Origin: Hydrolagus affinis | Taxonomy: Eukaryota | DNA length: 64,000 nucleotides | Assembly (NCBI GenBank): GCA_012026655.1 | Contig: JAAILG010000502.1 | Coordinates: forward strand, 1-64,000 | Reading direction: 5' to 3' | Notes under the pieces: model-generated | Database searches by the model: none | Told to the model about the DNA's origin: nothing | The model's input: only the letters and a program-made list of their open reading frames with translations | Made by a program: the position numbers and the translations under genes | In this document: positions 12,213 to 24,379 of the stretch, one piece after another | Position numbering within the stretch: position 1 is the stretch's first letter | How the letters are laid out: each line of letters begins with the position of its first letter

Positions 12213-13864
12213 ACCAAAGTTTTAAGAATATGTTTTATGGCACGATTGTAAAGATATTTTGCCCACCTCACACTAAGTGAGAGAAGGGCAGTAATGAAGT
12301 GTTGGATCAGACGGACAAGGTTGCAAAATGATTTTTTTTTCTCTCTGGCCACATGCTAAATAATTACGTTCTCAATCATCTCAGTCATGGGACTCTTTGA
12401 ATTGCCTTCCCATCACCTGAGAAAATCAGCGTTCACAGTTAATTGAAGGCATATTGTTGGGTGTTTTAGGGCTGCAATTCAAGACATGAAAGAGAATGCT
12501 ACCAGTAAAAGTGTTTGTATTTCCTGTTGGTCCGAGTCCTGCCCCGTTTGAGGGACGCCAGATAAATGCAAGTTGTTGTTTCCTCCACATTGTTCGAGGT
12601 TGCTCTGTGTGAAACTGTTGCCATTGCAGGTCAATGGCTGCGAATGTCATGAAATGTTAAAGAAAATGAACTGGAGATAGCTAACATTTCGAATGACTAT
12701 TCCTGGAACAAGTTTTTTCCATCACTTAGTCCATCACAAATGTCCTGTCTTGCCTCTCTGGTGGATGACATTAAGCTGTCAAACAGATGTGGTTCCCACA
12801 TTCAAGAAAGCTGGCAGAAGCATACCCGTGGTGACTGCTGTCACATAGCTTGACCTTACAACTCACGGAAGTTAATCAGCAAGAAAAAAATACAAGGTTA
12901 CTAGCTTAAAAATATACTAATAAATGACAGTCAGCAGTGTCGCACTTATTCAGAAGCAGCAGATATTGGCTGCCCAATCTTGTAGACTTTCGTTCGAGAA
13001 AATGCCATCCTAACTTGACTGTGGGAAGCCATATCACATAGTGCAACTATATTTCTAAAACGTGATTGACAAAGTAACACATGAAAGTAAAAACACTTCA
13101 CAAGTCAATGTTACAGGGTATCAAGGGCAAGACCTATTGACATGGATTTGAAATTGGCTGAAGAGAGAACACAAAAATTTCCAAACAAAACACGTGGCTG
13201 AGGATTGAACTTGTTTCTTAGATATCAAGCTGTACCAGCTCAAGCTACAATGCCACTTAGTTCATTTAGGAATTATTTTGTTTGGTCATAGAATTCTTTA
13301 TCATCTTTAAATTGTTCAAGGTTCACTATCCTTATTCCAGCCACGGTCCTGGTGCTGCCTTGGATCAACTTGCACAAAGTTGCTACGACGCACTTTGTGG
13401 CATCCTCCTGATGTGAAAGGCACTAAACTAAGTGTAAGGATTATTCTAACTTCCAATTCCTTTCGTGATCTTGCCCATCCTACCTTGGCATTCACCTTCA
13501 ATTCTAACCTGTAACCCAACTCATTCTACTCTATTGCTCATTTCCCACTCCTCATCCTCCCCACCCTCATTGGTGACTAGATCTTTGGAATTCTCTCCCA
13601 AAAGTGGCCCTCCTCTATTGTCCCCTTGGTGGCTATTATCTTTATAAAGTGCTTCAAGGTGTTCTTTTCCCAGGGAAGGCGCTGTACAAGTGAAAGTTAT
13701 CATTTTATGTTAGTGCAGCATTAAAGTTTACTAGAGAAAGTGGACAAAAGGATTAAACTCGCTGAACCATTGCAGGATAATCACATTTCATTTGTTACTT
13801 TACACGAAGCCTCAATAATAATGTCACTTACAACATGCAAATTTGGCAGCTATCTTCCCCGATT

Positions 13865-14040
13865 CAGGAGGTGGGCAGTGGAAAGGTAGGGAAGGTACTA
13901 AGGTGTGAAGTGATTTGTAGGTAAGTGTGAAGATCTTGAAATCCATCCATTTTCCATTGGGGAGCCTGGTAAGGACTAGGGCGATGAGGGTGCAGAATTT
14001 GGGAAAGGTGAGAATCTTTGGTTTCCTTCCACGCTCTAAA
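13865..14040 (-). mobile_element. Decayed L2 fragment
   Basis: Translates DFKIFTLTYKSLHTL, an L2 ORF2 C-terminal motif. Confidence 0.7.
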
Positions 14041-16189
14041 TTTCTCTGATACTGGGTTCTGTGTATTAACAGGACCAAACTTGGGGAGAAACATGGTTCC
14101 TCCCCTTCATCTTGCATTAAATTAACATGAAGTGAGATCCACCCTGCCAATATAGTAATCTACTCCACAGATAAAATGCTAGATTCCAACTGCGTGACTA
14201 GCACTGAGCCAAGCTTTTATTTAAGAGGGCCTCACTGAAAAACTATACACCATACCAGATGTATGACAATTTTATGCATTGCTTTAGGGATTGTTTAAAA
14301 TATGCCCTTATGATCAAACATACTCGCATAAACTCTAAACTCATTGAATGTTCACAATGATGAACCTTCTCCCTCCGTCAATACCCCCACTCTCCACCTG
14401 AACACACACACACGCACAGTAATCCTCTTCTTCAAGGAGGTGAGCTGCACATTTTACTATAATATGAAATTGTTGAAGGGAAACAGATCTATCATGTTGG
14501 AAAAGAAATAGGACCAACAGCTATTTGATGAGAGCTGATTATATTATGGATCAAACAGCTGAGAATGATGAACTACATTGCTTAGATGCATTATAAGCTT
14601 TTTAAAAATCATACTACAGTACATTGCACCAAATAGTTTTTTTTCCTGAACACTGTAATTTATAACCCTGTCAGCCTCGGCTAGAGTCAGTGCCAGTTAC
14701 TCACGAAGTTCTCCGGGTTTTTTTTCATTCCATCAGCCAAAAAGTCCTGGTTACACAACAAGCTTCACAAGTCTGTGAGATAATATGACTATGTGTATGC
14801 ATTGGACTTTACTGCAGTTTCTTCAGATTCTTATTAAGTCATTTCTAGCTCAAAGCTTTCAGGGAAAAGAAGCTGGAAGATTCTGACCCTATAATATGTC
14901 ATCACCTGGTACCCGGAAACTCTCCAGTTACTTTGTCCCCACAGTTTGAAGACTGAAGTAGATTTCATTAGGGGCATGCTCAACATGACCACTACAGAAT
15001 GGTTCTCTGTATCTTTCTACTCTGGCAAAATGTAACAGGAAAAGGAAAGAGAATGCAGACGTAAAAAGATGAACTCAACCATTAATAAGCACATATCAAT
15101 GAGTGCTACTCCAATTCCATTTATAATTCCAACCTTATGGGAAACAACGGTTGCCATTCAGGCAGCTTTTGCTGATCCACAAAAAAAGTGCACTTTCCTG
15201 AAATTTGTCTCCAAATGACAGATTCCCTTGCAATCTGCAAATCTTCATGGAAGAAAATTGTAAGGCTTTTAACCTTTACATAACAGAACAATAAAGGCTT
15301 AAATAATAGGGACAAGGAAGAAAACCCAACTGGCAACTTAAAAAATAGAACAAGTCACACTGTCTAGTCAAAATAAGGAAAGCTTCACTTATAAATTCTT
15401 CAGCACATTAAATTCTCGTTCACAAGCCATGCTACAAATAAATATGAGCAAACACATGCACACACACATAAAAACACATGAAATAAAAAGATGATCTCAC
15501 CAGCACTTTTTGCTCTTGGGATACATTCAAAGCTTTGGGATCAAAACCATATTTCAGATACAGCAAATTATTTTTTGCTGACAAATATAGAGATACAACT
15601 AAATTATAATCCGTAATCTACAATATTTAAAAATGCATCTGTAAAACTGCTTGAATAATGATTGCTGGCAAGCTGTTTCTTTCTTATAAATACTATGCAG
15701 TGGATACAGTATTTAGTTATCCCAAAATGTCCAGAGAAATAATGTAAGAAATCATCAGAATTCTACAGTTTAAGATCCCCTTTAAGAAAAACAGTTTTTT
15801 CTTTCCTCAAGCATATATATGCTGCAGCTGTTAAAATTCCTGATGAGTTGCGTAGGATTATGATTTTGAAAAGAAAATTGCTATAGGATCCTACAGGACA
15901 CAATTCATTCTTGGCAATAATTTCTGTCCGTTAGAATCCTAGCAGTCACTAAAGTAGAATTCTGAAATCTTGTAGGTACTTTTGCCACAGAAGAAATTAT
16001 ATTTCTTCATGAAATAGCAGTCATTATCTCCAACCAATATTCACACAATAGTCACACAAAGGAAATGCAACTTATTTGAGCTCACATCAATCCAGCACAA
16101 ATGTACTGGGTTCTAACATGCGGTATTTCACATTAAAGAATCTGGTTAACGGATCTTAGGGATCTTAGTTGGGATCTTAGTTTGAAGTA

Positions 16190-16292
16190 TTACACCTCTG
16201 ATAATGCAGGAGATTATCAGCACTGTAATGGGAGTGTCAGCCTAGATTTGGGGATGAAAGTCCCAAAGTGGGGTTTGAAGACACAACTTTCA
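16190..16292 (-). mobile_element. Deu-SINE 5' relic
   Basis: ggagtgtcagcctagatt...aagtggggtttgaa resembles the SacSINE1-type 5' region. Confidence 0.55.
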
Positions 16293-17999
16293 TAACCTAC
16301 ATTGGGATAAAGGGCATTCCTGTGAGTTGGTCTAATTTATTTTGGGATTTTTTAAATAGCAAAACCCCATTTAATATCACTACATTTTAAGATCATGTTG
16401 TCTTGGAAACACTCCCCCCCAAATTCTAATGTACATAGCTAAACAAGATTGGATAGATAATTGTAAACAGACAAGTAATTTCACAACCTTTTGTTCCCTC
16501 ACTGCATTCAGGATGGATAATAATTCAAAGCAAATCACATATAGATCTGACATATTTATTAACAAAACATTACTTTGGTTTAGATTGCAATTTGGTCACA
16601 TAGTAATCTAACATTGAATAAAAACAGACTTCAAATGATAGGCTGTGTTTACATGGAAAAAAATGCCTTTGCGTTTTTTTTAACAACTGTGTTTTATCTC
16701 AAAGAGGCAAGTACATGCACTAATTCATATATAGTAAAGTATCTGTCAATGCCTTTTGACCAGAGCTGTCACAATGACAATTGACCTTGCTAACAGTGGT
16801 TCACTCCTCTCTGCAAAACATTAACCTTCAGATGGCAAATCATATCAAATATCACACTGATGGAGCAGAAGTGCAATTCAATTGTTCCTTAAGTGTTTCC
16901 CCAAAAATTGTTTATATCCCTTTCAGTTAAAGTTTGTCTATTGTAACAGGGTACATTTCAACAAAGAAACAGTACAATAAAACACACATTTTATCTTTCT
17001 AGAAATAAGCATTATTTTCTCTTTGGACATTCACATTTGTTTTTACTGATGAAGCCACGGGCTCATTTAAAGGGTTTGAAGATTAATCACTGTCCATGAT
17101 TACAGTTAAAATTGGTTTCACTTTCTTGAGTATAGAAGAAGCTGGATTCTCCAGTTAATTTAAAAATTAAACACCTATCAGGCTATGATGTATTTTTGGT
17201 AAATAATGACACTTGGAATCTGAAAATATTTCACATATCTGTCCTGAACCATAATATGTTTTAATTTCAATTGAAATTTTATTTCAATTATTAAAAAAAG
17301 AAAATTGCTGACGCTTTTCACTTTTTCCACAATGGAACTTTTGTCAATCTAGGATAAACATGTCATGCTTTACATTGTCACAAACCACCTATTTAAAGTG
17401 TGGCTTTTTATTAGTTCCACTGTCAATGGAAGTTGTCGGAAGAAATTAATACACTGATTGCAATTTTAACAACTTCTTCACTGAAGCGTACTTTAAAATG
17501 TAAAACACATCTGTGTGACCAATGTCATAACTGAGTGGAAGATGAATTCAAAAGAAAAACAACATGATTAAAAATAAGCCTTTGTGTCAGATACCACTGC
17601 TGAAAATGAACACATAGGGATATAATATCTTCACATGCATGCTTTTCCTATGATTTGCCATCTACCTGCGCTGCCAGAGTTATTAAACACATCTGTTTTG
17701 TTTTCAGTTTCCCCATGAGGTTCATAAAGCGTTTTTTCCCACAAGCCAGTGAGCACATATTGCCTGCAACTGAAGGCTCACTCCACTAACATGTTTTAGC
17801 AGGAATTGTACTGAATTGTACTACAACAGACTAGGAAGTGCAAGAAAAAAAATTCTCACAGTGTTACATAAACCAATAAATAAGGGACATACCCAAACAG
17901 CTACAGTACATTCTGTGTTTTTTTTTAAAAAATCCGGTGAGTTTTCCCCCACTCTCGTAGGGTAGAAGTCCAGAAACAAGCTGATTATCTCCTTTGTCT

Positions 18000-18510
18000 G
18001 GAAACTCAAGGTCACGTGTTTCTGGCCAGGAATCCTGGTTGGCCAAGAAAAGAACGCTGGCAAGAAGCCAAAGGCTGTCTGGATTCAGACTGAAATCTTT
18101 GGTATAAACCTTTTCCCCCCACCAACCCCCCTTCCTTCCTCCTCCCTCACAGCGGCCTCTAGACCCTAATACTATCCTTGCCACAAAGATTTTACTTGTT
18201 CGGCTATAAAAATCCATACAAAACCTAAAGAGCCTTCTTACTTACCTGGGAGGTACACAAGTATTCCTGAGTATCGGTATATTTTTAACTCTGACAGATT
18301 ACCGTGAGTGTTTCTGCATCATTTTGTCTACCCAGTTGTATTCATTACCTCACTGGAACCCTTCACCGACTGCAGGGGCCCATCTAAAGCACACACACAC
18401 AGGGTTTGGAGGAAATAGTCTACACTCTGGTTACCATGACAGCAGGCCGTGATCGAACTAGGTGCTGCTTAATGTTTCAAATTAATTTTGAAAGAGAAAT
18501 TTATGGCCTA
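18000..18510 (-). promoter_or_regulatory. Candidate internal (DNMT3A2-like) promoter / non-coding exon ending at 18246
   Basis: Perfect minus-strand donor CCCAG|GTAAGT (exon end 18246). X-box-like GTTACCATGACAGC at 18430-18443. TCAAGGTCA overlapping CACGTG at 18006-18018. Lies at the edge of a repeat-poor block of about 4.5 kb. Confidence 0.35.
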
Positions 18511-18814
18511 CATAGAGGAGGCCAAGCAAATTGCGTGATTGGAACAGAATTCGAGCATCTATGTAAATAATACAGGAGATTTAAGGCTTTAAGTATATTT
18601 TTGAATAGTTTTCTTTAAATTCCTGCAGTTGTCAGTGATGTGTTCAGGCTGGTTGGTATGGGTTGTGGAGAATGGTCACCACACTCTGTTTTATGGGGCG
18701 CATTAATAGGATTCTTCTCTTAAGAGTGTTTATATTTTTCTCTTTTCCTTTTGTGAATAGAATGAGAGATGTTGTTTAATGGGACAAACCTGTTTGAGGC
18801 AACAGAGACAACAT

Positions 18815-20220
18815 TACAACAACAACTTACACTTTCACAGTGCCCTCCATGCAGGGTAATGTCCCAGAGCGCTTAACAGTGGCAGAGCTTGACTCTGAGC
18901 TGGGGGTGGGGGGACTTTTAGGGAGGTGACTGTAAGCACGGTCGAAATGGAAGGTTTACAGGGAGTACTTCAAAAGGGGGAGAGAGGAGGCAAGGCGGAG
19001 AGTCTGGTGTGTGATCCAGAGAGTTGTGGTGTTGTGGCTGAAAGCACTCCAATGATGGAGCAGCAGGTGAGAGGGACAGTCGAGTAGAGGTGCTGGGTGG
19101 TGGATTGGGGAGTGAGGAGCTCAGAGAGTTCCCCAAAGAGGTGCCAGGGAGTGAATGGATTTGAACACGAATGTGAGGATCTTGAAGTCGATCTGTTCGG
19201 TGTTGGGGAGCCAGTGCAGCTGGACAGAACTGGTGAGATGTGGGTACGGAGTTTGGTCCGGGTCAAAATGCTGGCTGCAGAGTTCTGAGTCAGCTGGATC
19301 TTTTGGATGATGGAGCTGGGGAGACCAGCAAGGAGTGCGTTGGAGTGATCCAGATGGGAGGTGATAAATGCATGCACAAGGCTTTCGGCTGCATTTGGGG
19401 TAAGGTGCAGGCCATATGGTGGAGGTGATGCAACGTAGTTCTAGTCAGGGCCTGAGGAGAGGATTGAGCCAAGGAGTATGGCTTCTGTCATGTCCACATT
19501 TAGCTGCAGGAAGTTTGCACTCAACCGGGCCCAGATATCTACAAGACAAGCTGATAGAACATTAGAGGAACTGCAGATGATATTGCAGGAGGCATTGCAG
19601 ATTTATGTGTCATCCACATACAAGTAGAAGTTTACTCAGTTTCTGCAGATGACACTGCTAAAAGGGAGCATATAGATGAGGAAAAGAACAGGGCCAACTT
19701 GAGAGCCCTGGTGTATCCTGCAGGTGATCGGGTGTTGACGGGAGAAGAAACCATTTGCTGAGATCAAGTAGAAGCATTTGGTTACATAGGACTTGAACCA
19801 TGTGAGTGCAGTCTCAATAAGGTGTATGAAGGAGGAGAGGTGGTGGAGGAGGATGGCGCGGTCGAGTGTGTTGAATGCGGCAGCAAGATCCCGGAGGACG
19901 AGGACGAGGAGGCAGAGGGAAGTCCTGGTCATATCTAGAGAGGAAGTTGTTATTGAGTTTGACAAGTGCCGTCTCTATGCTGTGGTCAGGATGAAAACCA
20001 GACTGCAGATGCTCAAGGAGGGAGTGGAGGAGAGGTGCGACCAAAATCGACCTGCAACAATGCGTTCCAAGACTTTAGCGAAAATGGGACTCTAGTATGA
20101 GTGATTAGAGGGATCAAAGGTGGGTTTTTTCAGGAGAGGTATGATAACAGTGGTGTTCAGTGGTGGATGAAGTTCACCACCTGTTGCATTGATCCCCTCC
20201 CCACCCAGCTGCTGGCCACT
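18815..20220 (-). mobile_element. L2 LINE, ~1.4 kb, with an inverted 5' tip
   Basis: LQSGF, DLAAAFNT, QGSQVGPVLFLIYMLP, HAFITSHLD..NALLAGLP motifs; (GTT)n tail near 18815. Confidence 0.92.
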
Positions 20221-20284
20221 CCTTACGAGAAGAGGAGTGAAACAAACAAACCATATCATAAATCAGCAACATCAGGATTATTAG

Positions 20285-20590
20285 CAGTAACAACAACAAC
20301 AAAATTATATTTATAGAGTGCCTTTCACGTCGGGAGGATGTCACAAGGCACTGAACAGTTAGGTCGGGACCCGAGCAAGAGTTAGGAAGGGAGGGAGAGA
20401 GTTGGGAGGGCAGCAGAAGGCATGATTGAAAAGTAAGGTCTTGAGACCGGCCTTGAAGGAGGCGAGGGAGGAAGCGAGGCGAAGGGCCTGTGGGTTGGAG
20501 ATCCAGAGTGTGGGGGCAGAGAGGCTGAAAGCTCCAACTGATGGTTCGGTGGGTCGGGTGGGGGACATGGAGCAGACCGGAGCCCGCTGA
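20285..20590 (-). mobile_element. L2 3' fragment
   Basis: AFSLSAPTLW...LRLASSLASFKAGLKTLLF plus (GTT)n tail. Confidence 0.9.
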
Positions 20591-20697
20591 ACAGTAAAGC
20601 ATTATCTCTAAGGATAAACACACGTTTAGACTAAATATCACAAATCCGACATAGGTCTGAGTCAATGGAGGAACCAAATACGATAAATTTACTTATA

Positions 20698-21408
20698 CAA
20701 TAAAAGCCTGTTTATCCGGCACCCGAGGGACCTGGCCAATGCCGGTTAAAGCGCCTGGCGGATATTCGGGCGGCCCGCAGCCGAAAACCCACCACAAAAA
20801 AAATTAAAGTTCTTTTAACACACACCAGACTAAATACTAACAGATAATAACAGAATATTGTATTGATACTGATCGTTAAAACTACTCTCTTGTGCTTCTC
20901 ACCTTTACTGGTTGAGGTTTACAGTCCAGCGATTCTTTTTTAAATGGAGGACGCCAAATGGGTGAAAAAAATGGCAGCGTGACTTTAAAGCTTTACTAGC
21001 GGCAAATCGATAACCCTAGACTCTACTAGTGGCAAGCCAAAATACTGCACCTGCGCAACAATGTGGGTTATCGGCTTGCCGCTAGTAAGGCTTTAAAGTC
21101 GCGCTCCGTTTTTTTCACCCGCTTGGCGTCCTCCATTTTAAAAAGAATCACTGGACTATAAACCTCAACCGCAGCCTCATGGCTTCAAGCACAGCATCTA
21201 CCAGCAAAGGTGAGAAGCATAAGAGAGTAGTTTTAACAATAAGTAGCGATACAATATTCTGTTGTTGTGTTATTATTTATGCATTTACAAATGCTCCACC
21301 GCTATTGTTCCAGATAAGTTCCGGTTTATCGAATGGGAACTTTTTTGGGGCGTGCTGGTTATACGGAAGTGCCTCTGCATCAAGTCATGGATAAACGTGC
21401 TTCTACTG
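20698..21408 (+). mobile_element. Internally deleted Tigger/pogo (Jerky-like) DNA transposon, 711 bp
   Basis: TA-flanked imperfect TIRs CAATAAAAGCCTGTTTATCC...GGATAAACGTGCTTCTACTG; transposase start MASSTASTSKGEKHKRVVLTI at 21179. Confidence 0.88.
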
Positions 21409-21761
21409 TAATATGAAATGGAGCAATCTGACCAGGTGCTCACCACACACTGATTTATATTGTACCATTCCATACTCTATTGTACTCAAGAATTATGCAT
21501 GATAAAAACATAATCACAAGTCTTCTGATGGTTCCATTATCCAGAGTGAAATTGTGGCCAACAGGTCCTACATTGCTTAACAACCAAATGGGTCACGGTT
21601 CATCCAAAGTTCTGTCCATTCCAACTAGGTATTTAACTTCAACTCTCACTTTAAACCCTACCTCTGTGACTGTGCCTATGTCACTTTTCTATACTTCCAA
21701 TATGCTATCCTATATGCTATCCTCTGAGAAGACTGCACTGTAAATACATGTCTTTCAGTTC

Positions 21762-21880
21762 AATAAATAATAATAATAATCCTTGCATTTGATATAGCAC
21801 TTTCCACATCTTATCAACGTCCCAAAGCGCTTCACAGAATATACTGTAAAGTGAATTGACTATATATATTTGTGGGCGAA
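21762..21880 (-). mobile_element. SINE 3' fragment
   Basis: (AAT)n ccttgcatttgatatagcac...aaagcgcttcacagaatatactg. Confidence 0.85.
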
Positions 21881-22775
21881 TCAACCGACAATACAAAAGT
21901 TTATATTGTACGTACAGCATTTTTAGACCTCACCACTTGAAATAAATGTATTACAGTGAATCTGTATTAGTTATTCAAATAGTACAATGTTACTACAGCA
22001 GTGCTCAAATATTTGTATCATTCAAAATACAGGTATCAAAATTGTGGAAAAGAGCTACAAAATGCAGAACTGGAATAATAACATTAAGATGTTCAATATA
22101 TACTTTCTTATTGGAAGCATTTTCTGTTGGCATTCTATATTGGTGCTTCCCAATTTGGTGGATGATGTTTTGCTTCCAGACCACAAAGCTACTTAATCCA
22201 AACAAAATCGTGAAATCTGCTTCTTGGTTTTCACTGACCCATTATAAAGCAAGTTTGGAAAACCATGCAACGACAGACCTCAATAAGTTCGATCAACAAG
22301 ATAAATGGATATAATTGAGAACCCCCTGATGGGTAGGGTACTAGTACACATTGACCTGACTGTCCATGTGAAGGCTTTCCTGATGTGTACACAACTATTT
22401 AAAATACACTCTTTGGATTCAGAGAATGTTCATCTTAAATCCTCCAAGTCTGAATATATTCTATGTCTGTTGTATTAATCATTGAGCTGTGACCAATGCT
22501 TAAGTGTCCAGATATATATCTAAAGTATCAATTTGAGTTTGGAAGCTTCAGATAGCCTGCACTGCGACCAAGGCTAAAACAACATATTTTCCACTATAAG
22601 ATTGTTCAAGTTTTATACTGAGAGGAGAACGAGCAGCCTTTCCCAGAAAGGAAGCCAAAAAATAACAGAGTGGAATTTCTGTTTATTAACCACCCTATCT
22701 CTCTTGGCTCCCATCCAACAATGTTAAGTATTGTATTTTGGGATGTCCTCCCAATATGAAAGCAGTTTTATGAAC

Positions 22776-23062
22776 TTGCATTTGGTATAGCACTTTTCAC
22801 GTATTCTAGATATCTCAAAGCGCTTCATAGAATATACTGTAAAGTGAATTGACTATATATTTTATGTACGAAAAACAGCAGCCAATTAAGCAGTATCCCA
22901 TGAACAGTTGTGGATTGAGTGACCAAATTATTATTGTTGTTGTTTCTTGAGCAATTATTATCAGATGTGCAGAATAAGCAAACTTGCCCAAGGTTTGGCC
23001 CTGTTGGGAATCAAACCCAGGTGTTTTGCTTGCGAGATGCATGCTCTAACCACTGAGCTACA
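22776..23062 (-). mobile_element. Near full-length tRNA-SINE
   Basis: Reverse A box ctaaccactgagctac, B box, body and tail. Confidence 0.9.
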
Positions 23063-24379
23063 GAAATTCTTCTGCGATTGGATTTTCCAGTTGGTGCACT
23101 GTGTGTTAACAAGAAGTATTAGTGTATTACCATGGAGAGTGTACACCAGGTCCAAATTCTGAATGAGGAATATGATTTATGCCAACCTTAGAAAAGATAG
23201 ATATCCGAGATTAAAACACTCACCACCTGATGAGCTGAATCTCATGCCTAGACATGAAAGGACACTGCATTTATCTGATGAAGTGTCACACTGGAAATGT
23301 AGATTTATCTTTCTCCCTCAGATGCTGATCAGCCTTCTTTGTAATCGCTAGCATTTTCTATTTTCGTTCATTTTTATTTTGTTACTTTTTTGAGGTTGTT
23401 GTTAGTCACACAACTTTACTCTATATTCGGTGAAGCTTTTTGGGACATCCTCCCAATGTGAAAGGTGTTGTATCAAATATAATGATTATTATCAGAACCT
23501 CTACTTAAAGTCTTTATTTTCTTGGTCTATCCCTGCTTAACCGTTGCCAATCCTACATTTGGCTTCTCCAGCCCAATTATTTCAGCTCCGATGAAGGCAT
23601 TTGCAGCATTTTCTGTTTAGCAAATACAAATTCTTATGTGAAAGGAAAGTCTCTGTAATCATGACATCTGGTCAAAAAACCATAGTACTGTAATATCTTA
23701 CTTTTGTTCACCAATTCTATTGAAGCATTTGCAGTGTTTCGTTATCCAGACATTATCCAGGAGTTTTCCAAATGCACATGGGAAATACAGTGAACTTGTG
23801 CAGTCCCTCGTATCACAATCCAGCCATCATCATAGAATTTTAAAACAGGAAACTGCTCCTACATTTCCATGGAATTTATCCAATTTTACATCATGCTTGT
23901 TTGTCTTCAATAATATTCCCAACAGTTAAAATATAAAAACATACAAATCTTTCATCAGCAAAGTTAACTTATTTTAGCCCATCCATTATTGGCCTGTCAG
24001 AAACCTTGATCTTTGAGTTAATCCACCAAATTGCGTTTGCAACACTCTTTGCCACTGGTCTCTATCTCAACTTCTCTTCTTGACCTCCTTACTGTACAGT
24101 TACCTTCCCATTTCTGCTCATTTCCTTTCCATTTATCATTATGCTACTAATCTCTCCCCATTGTTTAGAAAGCTTTCCTGCAACCATGTCCTTAACACAA
24201 ATGTGTAACGGGATTTTCCTGTGAGAGCTGAAGGGCTTGAAGCTGGAGGCAAAGAGTTGCATTTGATAGTCAGGTACTTGAACAACAGTGGTGATCTAGT
24301 TCCAGGGATCCCTAAAAAATCAATAATAATTTGGTCATTTCAATCCATGACTGTTTGCGAGAAATCACTGTGCATAATT

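Noticed and set aside
15501-15577. Possible 77-bp minus-strand exon (tcag| ... CTG|gtgaga)
   Set aside because: Length is not a multiple of 3, no in-frame ATG, no recognised homology; at best a UTR exon.
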